Shown here piece after piece: positions 1-7,991 of a stretch of DNA of 64,000 nt. The notes under the pieces are model-generated. The model searched no databases, was not told the DNA's origin, and saw nothing but the letters and a program-made list of their open reading frames with translations. Every line of letters starts with the position of its first letter. Positions within the stretch are counted from its first letter, which is position 1. The position numbers and the translations under genes were made by a program. The stretch covers positions 748 through 64,747 of the forward strand of contig JAJUJX010000015.1 in assembly GCA_029265125.1 (NCBI GenBank), read 5' to 3'. This DNA is from Tolumonas sp. GTDB lineage: Bacteria; Pseudomonadota; Gammaproteobacteria; Enterobacterales; Aeromonadaceae.

Positions 1-3000
1 GCGCAAATAAATGCAGCGCTGGCAACACTGACATATCAAGGTGCAAAAGACTTTAACGGTTCAGACACTCTGACTGTTCTGTCAAAAGATAGTGCAGGCA
101 TCCCACTTTCAGATTCTGATTCAGTTGCAATAACAATCGCACCGGTGAATGATGCGCCTGAAGCCACGGCTTCAAGTGCTTCTGTATCGGAAGAAGGCTT
201 AACTGGCGGTATCGTTGATGCTAAAGGTGCAACTGATATAACAGATACTGCAGGAGTGAGCGGTAAGATTAGTATCTCTGACGTAGATAGCAGCTCATTC
301 ACTGTTAAATTGGCTGTGCCAACTGCTGAACTGAAATCAGACGGGCAGGTCGTTACCTGGTCATTGTCTGCTGATGGACATACTTTGATCGGTTCAGCTG
401 CTGGAAGTGAAGTCATCAGAGTGACCATAGATAACAGTGGTAACTATAATGTTTCATTACTGAAAGCAATTGATCATGCTACAGCTGGTGTGGAGGATGT
501 TAAATCATTCGGCATTGGTGTATCAGTGAGTGATGGTATTGCGACAACAGCATCAACCCTGACGGTTAATATCGAAGATGATTCTCCGCTGGGTTCATCA
601 TCATCGGTTGCTGCCAGCAGATCTGACGTTGATCCTGTATTAACCGGAACAATTTCTCTGACTGGAACTATGGATAAAGATAGCTCCTCATTGTCTTTAG
701 GTGGCGTGACCATTACAGCTAAAGGCTTTGCTGATGCGAATTTGGCATTGCAGGACGCACAGGTACATCAGTCAACGACAGGTGTAGCTGTAAATGGTAC
801 GTCAGGAGATAGGAATGTTGATCGTTTAACCTCAGAAATAGATTACATCTATAACCCAACCACAGGTAAAACCGGCTCTGAACAATTGATCATCGACCTT
901 GGCGATAAAATTGCCTATGGCGTTTCTATTGCATTTGCAAACATGTATGGCGGTGAACTGGAGACAGGGATTGCCTATTTCTATCGGGATGGGGTTCTGG
1001 TATCAACACAAACATTCAGTTCAAATGCGGTAAGTGGCGATTATGCAGCTAACTTCTCTGTGGTTGGTGGTGGTTTCGACCAAATTGTAATTGAAGCGAC
1101 AGATAATGGTAATCGCACGGCAAATGGTTGGGGTCTCTATGACAACAGCGATTTCACTATCGCGTCTATTACCTTTACTGGTGCATCAGATCAAACGCCT
1201 GTAGCAGTAGCATCTGGCTCATTCGCATTGAATTATGGTGCAGATGGTGCGAATGAACAAAGTCCGATCGTATTGACGGGGATCTCTACTGCAGGGCTGA
1301 CAAATGCATCTGGCGAGACGATATCGGTTACTGTCGAAAACAATGGCAACCGACTTGTGGGAACTGATACATCAGGGCATATTGCCTTCGAAATTCAGCT
1401 AACACCTGCTACAGGTCAATGGGAATATTATCAGTACGAAGCGTTATCTGTTGATAAGCCGATAGAGTTTACTTACCGGTTAACAGATAACGATAGTGAC
1501 ACAGCGACAGGAACTGCATCGGTCACGCCATATGATGTAACCGAATTGTCGGTAAGCAGTAATACGGCTGATGTGATTTCAGGTGGCGGATCGTCAGATG
1601 TTATTATTGCTGACGTAGGCGGCAGTGTTACCAATGTTATTCCTGGAACTAATTACAACATTGCCCTGATTGTTGATACCTCAGGAAGTATGCAATACAA
1701 CTTATCTGGTGCGGGGACATTGGTTACCAGCTCCGCAACTCAGGATGCTGCATCATATGCGGCATCCAGAATAAAGCTGGTTAAAGATGCCCTGATCAGT
1801 TTAAGTCAGCAGCTGGCAGGGCATGATGGTATCGTGAATATAAGTCTGATTGGTTTCTCAACCACAGCCTCGATCACATTTAACATTAATGATCTGAATG
1901 AAAACAATGTCGATCAATTGATTGCGGCTATCGGTGAATCTCAATCAACCGGGCTTATCGCAACAGGTGGTACCAATTACCAGGCTGCGTTCACTCAGGC
2001 TACAAGTTGGTTTACATTGCAAAGTAACGCAGGATATAGCAGCACTGCTGGTTATAAAAATCTCACTTACTTCCTGACTGATGGCGATCCCACATACAGT
2101 AATACGGCTGATGCCGACTCTCATGGCGGCGGTTCAACAACAGACTATAATGACCTGAATGATGCATTGAGTGCATATTCATCATTGAGCTCGACCAGCA
2201 CCGTCATGGCAATTGGTATTGGCTCTGGAGTGAAAGAGGAATATCTGAGATATTTTGATAACTCTAATGTATCTGGAAGTGGCTCATCCTCCCTCTATGA
2301 TCACCAGGTTGTGACTGGGTTCACTAATTCAGGTGATATTAATTGGCAGACATCTAAATGGACTACAAGTGGGTCGGGTTCAATTGGATATTATGTGGAT
2401 TCTGCCAATGCTACGGAATATTTTGGTATTACCGACACCAGTTCCAGCGCTAACAGCTATTCGGCAACCAGTCCGAGCTTTACGATTTCAGCTGGTTCAA
2501 CTGCAGCTGTTAGCTTTGATGTCGTGCAGGGAAATAATTTTAATTCTTCAACAGAGCATTACACTTGGAAGTTACAAGTTAAAGGGGCAACGGGTTGGTC
2601 TGATGTCGCATCAGGTACTGATCAGTTTGGCAGAGTAACAACCAACGTTCAAAATGCTGGTACATATCGCCTTGTTTTTACTGTAAATGGCATTGGGGGT
2701 ACTGCTTCAATTTATCTGGATCAGATCGCTCTTGAATATCCGAAGACAATAACTGCATCAATAGGTGAAGTGGCTGTTGTCACAGATCCCAGTGAGTTAT
2801 ATGCCGCATTGCACGGAGGCTCAACGGAGATTGTACTCAATGCCGTTGGCAATGACATAGTCTCTGGCGGAATAGGGGATGACATCATTTTTGGTGATGT
2901 TATCAATACTGATTATCTGCCATGGGGGGTTGATGGCAATCCGGCAAAACCAACGACTTTGGTTGAAGGGGCTGGTATTGAGGCATTGGAAACATTCCTG

Positions 3001-3660
3001 ACATTGAAAAATGGCATTGCTCCAACTGAATTCGAATTAAATGATTACATCAAATCACATCTTGATATATTCAATGTCGAATCAGATACCCGCGGTGGTA
3101 ATGATATCCTTGTTGGCGACGCAGGCGACGATACTCTCTTCGGTCAGGGTGGTGCAGACATACTGAGCGGTGGTGATGGCAACGATTCGCTGTATGGCGG
3201 CACCGGTAATGACTCTCTGAGCGGCGATGCAGGTAATGATTATCTCCACGGTGGTCTTGGAACTGACACACTGGATGGCGGAGCAGGCAACGACACGCTG
3301 ATCGGTGGCTTGGGCGAAGACATTCTGACTGGTGGTGATGATCATGACATCTTCAAATGGACAGCCAACGATGTAGCAGGAACAACCACATTAAGTCATC
3401 AGAAAGATATTATTACTGATTTCTCGATTACTCAGGGTGATCAGTTAGATCTTGCTGATGTACTGCAAGGTGAAGGTTCAACATTAGATAGCTATTTGAC
3501 CTTTGCTAAGAGTGCTGATGGTAAAGATGCCGTCATTTCGGTTCATGCAACTGGTACGTCAGATACAAATTTGGAAGTTGTTGTTTCCGGATATGGATCT
3601 GATACTGAATTAGCAAAATTGCAAGACTATTTATTGCATCAGTCTGGAGTGATCCACTAA
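1..3660 (+). CDS. C-terminal part of a giant type I-secreted RTX adhesin; the 5' end lies upstream of the window
   Basis: Frame +1 is open from nt 1 (AQINAALATLTYQGAKDFNGSDTLTVLSKD...ITIAPVNDAPE), so the listed Met at 145 is internal. It carries a T1SS-143/cadherin-like repeat (VTWSLSADGHTLIG...NYNVSLLKAIDH...TLTVNIEDDSP) and a VWA MIDAS motif IALIVDTSGSM (about nt 1660-2230). GGxGxD nonapeptide repeats span nt 3094-3348, followed by a C-terminal secretion-target tail (DIITDF..GDQLDL..VISVHA). A hairpin terminator follows. Confidence 0.88.
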   Translation, partial: AQINAALATLTYQGAKDFNGSDTLTVLSKDSAGIPLSDSDSVAITIAPVNDAPEATASSASVSEEGLTGGIVDAKGATDITDTAGVSGKISISDVDSSSFTVKLAVPTAELKSDGQVVTWSLSADGHTLIGSAAGSEVIRVTIDNSGNYNVSLLKAIDHATAGVEDVKSFGIGVSVSDGIATTASTLTVNIEDDSPLGSSSSVAASRSDVDPVLTGTISLTGTMDKDSSSLSLGGVTITAKGFADANLALQDAQVHQSTTGVAVNGTSGDRNVDRLTSEIDYIYNPTTGKTGSEQLIIDLGDKIAYGVSIAFANMYGGELETGIAYFYRDGVLVSTQTFSSNAVSGDYAANFSVVGGGFDQIVIEATDNGNRTANGWGLYDNSDFTIASITFTGASDQTPVAVASGSFALNYGADGANEQSPIVLTGISTAGLTNASGETISVTVENNGNRLVGTDTSGHIAFEIQLTPATGQWEYYQYEALSVDKPIEFTYRLTDNDSDTATGTASVTPYDVTELSVSSNTADVISGGGSSDVIIADVGGSVTNVIPGTNYNIALIVDTSGSMQYNLSGAGTLVTSSATQDAASYAASRIKLVKDALISLSQQLAGHDGIVNISLIGFSTTASITFNINDLNENNVDQLIAAIGESQSTGLIATGGTNYQAAFTQATSWFTLQSNAGYSSTAGYKNLTYFLTDGDPTYSNTADADSHGGGSTTDYNDLNDALSAYSSLSSTSTVMAIGIGSGVKEEYLRYFDNSNVSGSGSSSLYDHQVVTGFTNSGDINWQTSKWTTSGSGSIGYYVDSANATEYFGITDTSSSANSYSATSPSFTISAGSTAAVSFDVVQGNNFNSSTEHYTWKLQVKGATGWSDVASGTDQFGRVTTNVQNAGTYRLVFTVNGIGGTASIYLDQIALEYPKTITASIGEVAVVTDPSELYAALHGGSTEIVLNAVGNDIVSGGIGDDIIFGDVINTDYLPWGVDGNPAKPTTLVEGAGIEALETFLTLKNGIAPTEFELNDYIKSHLDIFNVESDTRGGNDILVGDAGDDTLFGQGGADILSGGDGNDSLYGGTGNDSLSGDAGNDYLHGGLGTDTLDGGAGNDTLIGGLGEDILTGGDDHDIFKWTANDVAGTTTLSHQKDIITDFSITQGDQLDLADVLQGEGSTLDSYLTFAKSADGKDAVISVHATGTSDTNLEVVVSGYGSDTELAKLQDYLLHQSGVIH
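3094..3348 (+). repeat. RTX Ca-binding nonapeptide repeat block (coding, inside the adhesin gene)
   Basis: The translation is GGNDILVGDAGDDTLFGQGGADILSGGDGNDSLYGGTGNDSLSGDAGNDYLHGGLGTDTLDGGAGNDTLIGGLGEDILTGGDDHD, about 9 tandem GGxGxDxL units. Confidence 0.9.
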
Positions 3661-3676
3661 TTCATTCTATATATTC

Positions 3677-3700
3677 AAAAGGCGCTTCGGCGCCTTTTTT
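3677..3700 (+). terminator. Rho-independent terminator of the adhesin gene
   Basis: aaaaGGCGCttcgGCGCCtttttt: a GC stem with a TTCG loop and a T6 tract, 17 nt after the stop codon. Confidence 0.85.
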
Positions 3701-3771
3701 ACTTGATTGCTGAGACCGCAAAAAAATGTGCTGTAGCTGTTCTTATTCGCTCAGAATTATCTACGTTAAAT

Positions 3772-3804
3772 AAAAAAGGCTGACCTATACCGGCCAGCCT
3801 TTTT
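3772..3804. terminator. Hairpin terminator downstream of ribA, flanked by an A-run and a T-run (bidirectional form)
   Basis: aaaaaaGGCTGaCCtatacCGGcCAGCCttttt, 18 nt beyond the ribA stop. On the minus strand the hairpin is followed by TTTTTT. Confidence 0.75.
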
Positions 3805-3822
3805 CAATTCAATAAGCAGTTA

Positions 3823-4416
3823 TTACTCATGCAACATATGGCCTAGTTTTCCTGCCTTAGTTGCAAGATAAAATTCGTTATAACGGTTTTTGCCTTCTTC
3901 CAGTGGAACTCGTTCTGCAATATGAATACCGTGTGTTTCCATGGCTTTCAGTTTACGCGGATTATTGGTCATTAGACGTAATGACTTAACATCCAGCGCT
4001 TTCAGCATATCCGCACAAATGGTGTAATCGCGTAAATCAGGCGCAAAACCCAACGCTTCATTCGCTTCAACGGTATCTGCGCCATGATCCTGAAGATGAT
4101 AGGCATGAATTTTGTTCAGCAAACCAATACCACGACCTTCCTGACGGACATAGAGTAAAACCCCACGTTTTTCTTCAGCAATACGCTGTAATGCTGCCTG
4201 CAACTGAAAACCACAGTCACAGCGAAGACTGAACAGCGCATCGCCAGTCAGGCATTCAGAATGGATTCTTGCCAGAACCGGAGCATCAGAAGTGATATCA
4301 CCCATTGATAAAGCGACGTGATCCTTACCCGTTGCTTCCTCTTTGAATCCGGTCATCGTAAAGACGCCCCAAGGGGTAGGTAGTTGGGCACTGGCGACCA
4401 GAGAAACACTACTCAT
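3823..4416 (-). CDS. ribA: GTP cyclohydrolase II
   Basis: The 197-aa product is colinear with E. coli RibA (LPTPWG.F...[22 protein letters not shown]...IAEE.RG.LLY.RQEGR.IGLLNKI.AY.LQD.G.DTVEAN..LGF..D.RD). Confidence 0.95.
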   Translation of the reverse strand: MSSVSLVASAQLPTPWGVFTMTGFKEEATGKDHVALSMGDITSDAPVLARIHSECLTGDALFSLRCDCGFQLQAALQRIAEEKRGVLLYVRQEGRGIGLLNKIHAYHLQDHGADTVEANEALGFAPDLRDYTICADMLKALDVKSLRLMTNNPRKLKAMETHGIHIAERVPLEEGKNRYNEFYLATKAGKLGHMLHE

Positions 4417-4619
4417 GAATTTCCTCTCAGCTTTATATATGTTCAGTATATATGTTATTGCGATTGTGACGGGTGTTGCTCAGGCTGGCAACTGCAATTA
4501 AGAATAATTCAATTTGTTTCAGTCAATCTTTCGAAAAAGAAGAGCTGTTTATGTTGAGGAGTGTAAAATTAATTTAGGGTGTGTATAAAGGCGGCAGTAT
4601 CAGTCTGAAGGTTGTGTCG

Positions 4620-4937
4620 ATGATGAAAAAAATAATTCCGGGATTAAGCATCGTAATGTCGCTGCTGATTTCAACGGCTGCATGGGCTGACGGATCGTTT
4701 CGTTGTGGTAATGCTTTGATCTCTGTAGGGGATCCTGCTGCCGTATTACTTATTAAATGTGGACGTCCGTTGACGGTTTCTGATACTACACGCGTTATCA
4801 TCGATGAATATGGGCACCGTCAGATCATCAGAACAGGAGAGGTCTGGACTATGTATATGGGACATGATCATTTTCTGCAGCTGGTTACGGTGGAAAATGG
4901 CGTCATTAAAGATATTGTTGACGGACCTCGTGGCTAA
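4620..4937 (+). CDS. Small secreted DUF2845-like protein
   Basis: I moved the start to the ATG at 4620, which is preceded by GAAGG. There is a signal peptide MMKKIIPGLSIVMSLLISTAAWA, and the mature part has conserved Cys residues (FRCGN..LIKCG). Confidence 0.6.
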   Translation: MMKKIIPGLSIVMSLLISTAAWADGSFRCGNALISVGDPAAVLLIKCGRPLTVSDTTRVIIDEYGHRQIIRTGEVWTMYMGHDHFLQLVTVENGVIKDIVDGPRG

Positions 4938-5154
4938 TTTTGCTTGCCAGAGTGAATGAACCCATCCGCTTTATTTCTTTATTTATCTGCGATAAGAGTT
5001 GCTTCCATCTGACATTATCGATGTTGTCGTAGCAGGCTTTGCCCGCATCAAAACGGAAAGGCCCGCTCTGCTCAATATAAAAGCTGCCGCTATAGTAGCT
5101 ACGGATATATTGGGCAATCTTGATCAATTGATGTTCTCTGAATGAACGTGCCAT
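4906..5154 (-). CDS. ytfK: YtfK-like DUF1107 protein (in E. coli linked to SpoT-dependent stringent response and phosphate starvation)
   Basis: IAQYIRSYYSGSFYIEQSGPFRFDAGK aligns with E. coli YtfK [27 protein letters not shown]. The ORF is 14 aa longer than E. coli YtfK, and its 3' end overlaps the convergent DUF2845 gene by 32 nt. Confidence 0.7.
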   Translation of the reverse strand: MARSFREHQLIKIAQYIRSYYSGSFYIEQSGPFRFDAGKACYDNIDNVRWKQLLSQINKEIKRMGSFTLASKISHEVRQQYL

Positions 5155-5354
5155 GGTGCTCTTCCTTTATTTTGATGTGATTTTGAGGTGGCATGATGTC
5201 ACCCGTTTGTTTAATTTTTGTTACGAAAGGAAGGCGGTTTGATGAAGTTGGTTCATGAGTAGGTTCATCGAAGATCTGTGATATGTGACAGGATGGTTTT
5301 CCGGCAAAATTCACGGCCATTTTTGGTCTTTTTTTCATAGTCAAGACTGTCGAT

Positions 5355-5372
5355 CTGACATCTTTCTGTCAT
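5355..5372 (+). promoter_or_regulatory. Pho-box-like PhoB site in the ytfK/pitA divergent region
   Basis: CTGACATctttCTGTCAT: two 7-bp direct repeats 11 bp apart, about 15/18 matches to CTGTCATAWAWCTGTCAY, 36 bp upstream of the pitA ATG. The downstream -10 element is weak. Confidence 0.45.
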
Positions 5373-5407
5373 AATGCGCCGCGTCTATCCACTGATGATT
5401 AATAAAT

Positions 5408-6883
5408 ATGCTGGAAATGTTTAATGGGCTCAGCTTTGAACTGGGTCTCGGTTTAGCACTGGCATTGCTTTTTGTGCTTGCCTATGAATTTATCAATGGT
5501 TTCCATGACACAGCTAACGCTGTGGCAACTGTTATTTATACCAAAGCGATGCCTCCGCATATGGCGGTCGTTGCATCAGGTATTTTTAACTGTGCCGGAG
5601 TATTGGCCGGTGGTCTGGGCGTTGCGTATGCAATTGTTCACCTGTTGCCTGTTGACTTGCTGCTTAACGTCGCTTCTGCGCATGGTTTGGTAATGGTGTT
5701 TGCATTGCTTAGCTCAGCCATTTTATGGAATCTGGGCACTTGGTACTTCGGTATTCCTGCCTCCAGCTCTCATACGCTGATCGGGGCTATTCTGGGGGTT
5801 GGGCTTGCCAACTCGCTGATGACCGGAGTTGAAGTCAGCAAAGGCATCAATATCCAGAAAGCAATTGATATCATGCTGTCGCTGATTGTTTCTCCTGTGG
5901 TTGGTTTGGCAATTGCCGGCGGCTTACTGATTCTGCTGAAAAAACAATTTTCTTCTTCAAAAATTCACAAAACTCCTGAAGAGCGCCAGACATGGGATGG
6001 TAAAAAACGTCCACCATTCTGGACTCGTTTCACGCTGATTGCTTCAGCGATGGGTGTCAGTTTTGTGCATGGGTCTAACGATGGCCAGAAGGGTATCGGT
6101 CTGATCATGCTGGTGCTGATTGGTATTGTTCCGGGACAGTTTGTGCTGAATATGGAAAGTACCAGTTACCAGATTGGCAGGACTAAAGACGCAGCGTTGC
6201 ACATGGGGGATTTTTATCAGCGTAATGCTGCCCATTTGGATCAGATGATTGATTTGAAAAAAGTACCGAATGCTGATTTACCGCAAGTATTTAAATGTGA
6301 TGCGAAAGATTCTATGTCTTCGATTGCAACGGTTGCGAGCATGTTAGGCAGTGTTGAGCATTACGACTCTCTGGGCGTAGAGAAGCGCCGTGAAGTTCGC
6401 CGTTTATTACTGTGTCTGGATGATACTGCGAAGAAAGTAAGTAAATTACCAGGTATCCCTGCATCAGAAATTGCTGATCTGAATAAGCTGCGTAAAGACT
6501 TAACTCAGACTACCGAATATGCTCCAACTTGGGTAATTTTTGCGGTTGCTCTGGCATTGGGTGGCGGTACGATGATTGGCTGGCGCCGTATCGTCTACAC
6601 AGTAGGCGAAAAAATCGGCCAGAAAGGAATGACCTACTCACAAGGTATGGCTGCCCAGATCACTGCGGCTGCAGCGATTGGTATTGCCAGTATGAGTGGT
6701 TTGCCTGTGTCTACTACGCACGTACTGTCTTCTGCGGTTGCAGGCACTATGCTGGCGAACCGTTCAGGTCTGCAGTCTGGTACAGTCAAGAATATTGCAC
6801 TGGCATGGATATTAACATTGCCAGTCACAATTGCACTTTCAGCTGGTTTATTCTGGTTTGGAACGATGATTTTTGTATCCTGA
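5408..6883 (+). CDS. pitA: Low-affinity inorganic phosphate transporter (PiT family)
   Basis: The 491-aa product is colinear with E. coli PitA from the N-terminus (INGFHDTANAVATVIYT.AM ... GSNDGQKGIGL ... PVSTTHVLSS.VAGTM). Confidence 0.95.
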   Translation: MLEMFNGLSFELGLGLALALLFVLAYEFINGFHDTANAVATVIYTKAMPPHMAVVASGIFNCAGVLAGGLGVAYAIVHLLPVDLLLNVASAHGLVMVFALLSSAILWNLGTWYFGIPASSSHTLIGAILGVGLANSLMTGVEVSKGINIQKAIDIMLSLIVSPVVGLAIAGGLLILLKKQFSSSKIHKTPEERQTWDGKKRPPFWTRFTLIASAMGVSFVHGSNDGQKGIGLIMLVLIGIVPGQFVLNMESTSYQIGRTKDAALHMGDFYQRNAAHLDQMIDLKKVPNADLPQVFKCDAKDSMSSIATVASMLGSVEHYDSLGVEKRREVRRLLLCLDDTAKKVSKLPGIPASEIADLNKLRKDLTQTTEYAPTWVIFAVALALGGGTMIGWRRIVYTVGEKIGQKGMTYSQGMAAQITAAAAIGIASMSGLPVSTTHVLSSAVAGTMLANRSGLQSGTVKNIALAWILTLPVTIALSAGLFWFGTMIFVS

Positions 6884-6903
6884 ACAAACTGAACCTGTTT
6901 AAG

Positions 6904-6929
6904 ACAAAGCCCACTTTTGTGGGCTTTGT
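6904..6929. terminator. Hairpin between the convergent pitA and GNAT genes (possible bidirectional terminator)
   Basis: ACAAAGCCCACttttGTGGGCTTTGT: an 11-bp perfect stem, but the flanking U-tracts are poor. Confidence 0.5.
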
Positions 6930-7408
6930 TATATCTGTTTGAGCATATGGCAGGCTCCTTGCCCGTATTCTAGCTCATTAATCTTATAGTCAGTGGGTTC
7001 AAACCCTTGCCGCCGCCAATATGTAACAGCCTGAGCCAGAGACACTAGAGATAACTGGCTGAAATCATGTGCTTGGGCCCATGTTGTCAGGTAGTGCAAC
7101 ACCTTATATCCCAACCCTTTCCCTGCATATGATGGGGTGATTGCGATATCGTGAATATAAAGCAGGCTACTGTGTGAAAGTTTGGTATAGATGGTGTGTA
7201 AGCTGGCGGGTGTTGCTGTCCATGGGTGAGATAAACAATAACCGATAACCCGATGTTCCGGGTCAGTAATGACTAAACAGGTTTCATTTCCTAGCTGAAT
7301 TTTTGAACGTAGCACAGCTTCACTTTCGGGGATGTCATTCCCGTAGACCATATTTTGAATATGCAGAATGGCATGCCAGTCAGTTTCTTCGATAGGGCGG
7401 ATGTTCAT
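6929..7408 (-). CDS. GNAT family N-acetyltransferase
   Basis: A 159-aa product with acetyl-CoA motif A (IAITPSYAGKGLGYKVL). Confidence 0.75.
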   Translation of the reverse strand: MNIRPIEETDWHAILHIQNMVYGNDIPESEAVLRSKIQLGNETCLVITDPEHRVIGYCLSHPWTATPASLHTIYTKLSHSSLLYIHDIAITPSYAGKGLGYKVLHYLTTWAQAHDFSQLSLVSLAQAVTYWRRQGFEPTDYKINELEYGQGACHMLKQI

Positions 7409-7475
7409 TGATAACGATCTTTTTTAAAGGGCGCATAGTGTACGATGTGGGTGACAGAACTGCGAGGAAAGAATA

Positions 7476-7973
7476 ATGGCGGAAGAGTGGGTCGATATAG
7501 TTGATGAGCATAATCAAGTTACTGGTACTGCATCTCGTTCGGTGATGCGGAAAGAAAAGCTGCTGCATCGCTCCTCATACATTGTTATAACCAATTTTCA
7601 GGGGCAAGTCTATGTGCAGAAACGTACCGCAACAAAAGATTATTGCCCGTCAATGCTTGATGCCTGCTGCGGCGGAGTGGTAACCGCAGGGGAGGATATA
7701 ACCGAATCTGCATATCGGGAATTAGCCGAAGAGATGGGAATTTATAGCGTGCCGCTACGCTCTTTGGGCTCGTTTTTATATACCGACCATAATTGTCAGG
7801 TCTGGGGTGCGTTATTTGATTGTCAGTTTGAAGGGGAGTTACAACTGCAGGTAGAAGAGGTGGAATATGTTCTTCTCATGACTCCACAGGAGATTTTAGA
7901 GAAAGAGAGTGAATTCACACCAGACTCTGTGGCAGCAATCAAGCTATGGCTTGAAAAAAGCAAGGCTGGATGA
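7476..7973 (+). CDS. yfcD: NUDIX hydrolase, YfcD family
   Basis: EWVDIVDE.N.V...ASR..MR...L.HR..YIV...Q....VQ.RT..KD..P.MLDA..GGVV...E....SA.RE..EE.G ... C.VWGALF.C ... EFTPDS is colinear with E. coli YfcD. Confidence 0.8.
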   Translation: MAEEWVDIVDEHNQVTGTASRSVMRKEKLLHRSSYIVITNFQGQVYVQKRTATKDYCPSMLDACCGGVVTAGEDITESAYRELAEEMGIYSVPLRSLGSFLYTDHNCQVWGALFDCQFEGELQLQVEEVEYVLLMTPQEILEKESEFTPDSVAAIKLWLEKSKAG

Positions 7974-7991
7974 CCAGCCTTGCTCAATATC

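Noticed and set aside
36-713. Antisense ORFs (130 aa and 79 aa) inside the adhesin gene; similar ones lie at 2721-2906 and 3071-3345.
   Set aside because: They lie opposite a strongly supported repeat-rich coding frame. Their low-complexity Ser/Thr/Val or His/Arg composition is a typical shadow of the RTX and repeat codons.
3094-3348. Periodic 27-nt DNA repeats that could be mistaken for a CRISPR-like or tandem-repeat array.
   Set aside because: They are in frame and encode GGxGxDxL RTX nonapeptides, with no spacer/repeat architecture.
4417-4619. Possible FMN (RFN) riboswitch upstream of ribA.
   Set aside because: The ~200-nt region shows none of the conserved RFN helices or core sequence that I can recognise. 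It serves as a divergent promoter region.
5099-5344. An 81-aa ORF on the minus strand overlapping the ytfK start and promoter.
   Set aside because: It has no RBS and an odd composition, and it overlaps the better-supported ytfK. This is more likely a non-coding promoter region.
6529-6942. A 137-aa alternative-frame ORF within pitA.
   Set aside because: It is an out-of-frame overlap with a fully conserved PitA reading frame, and its Cys/Arg/Trp-rich translation is implausible.
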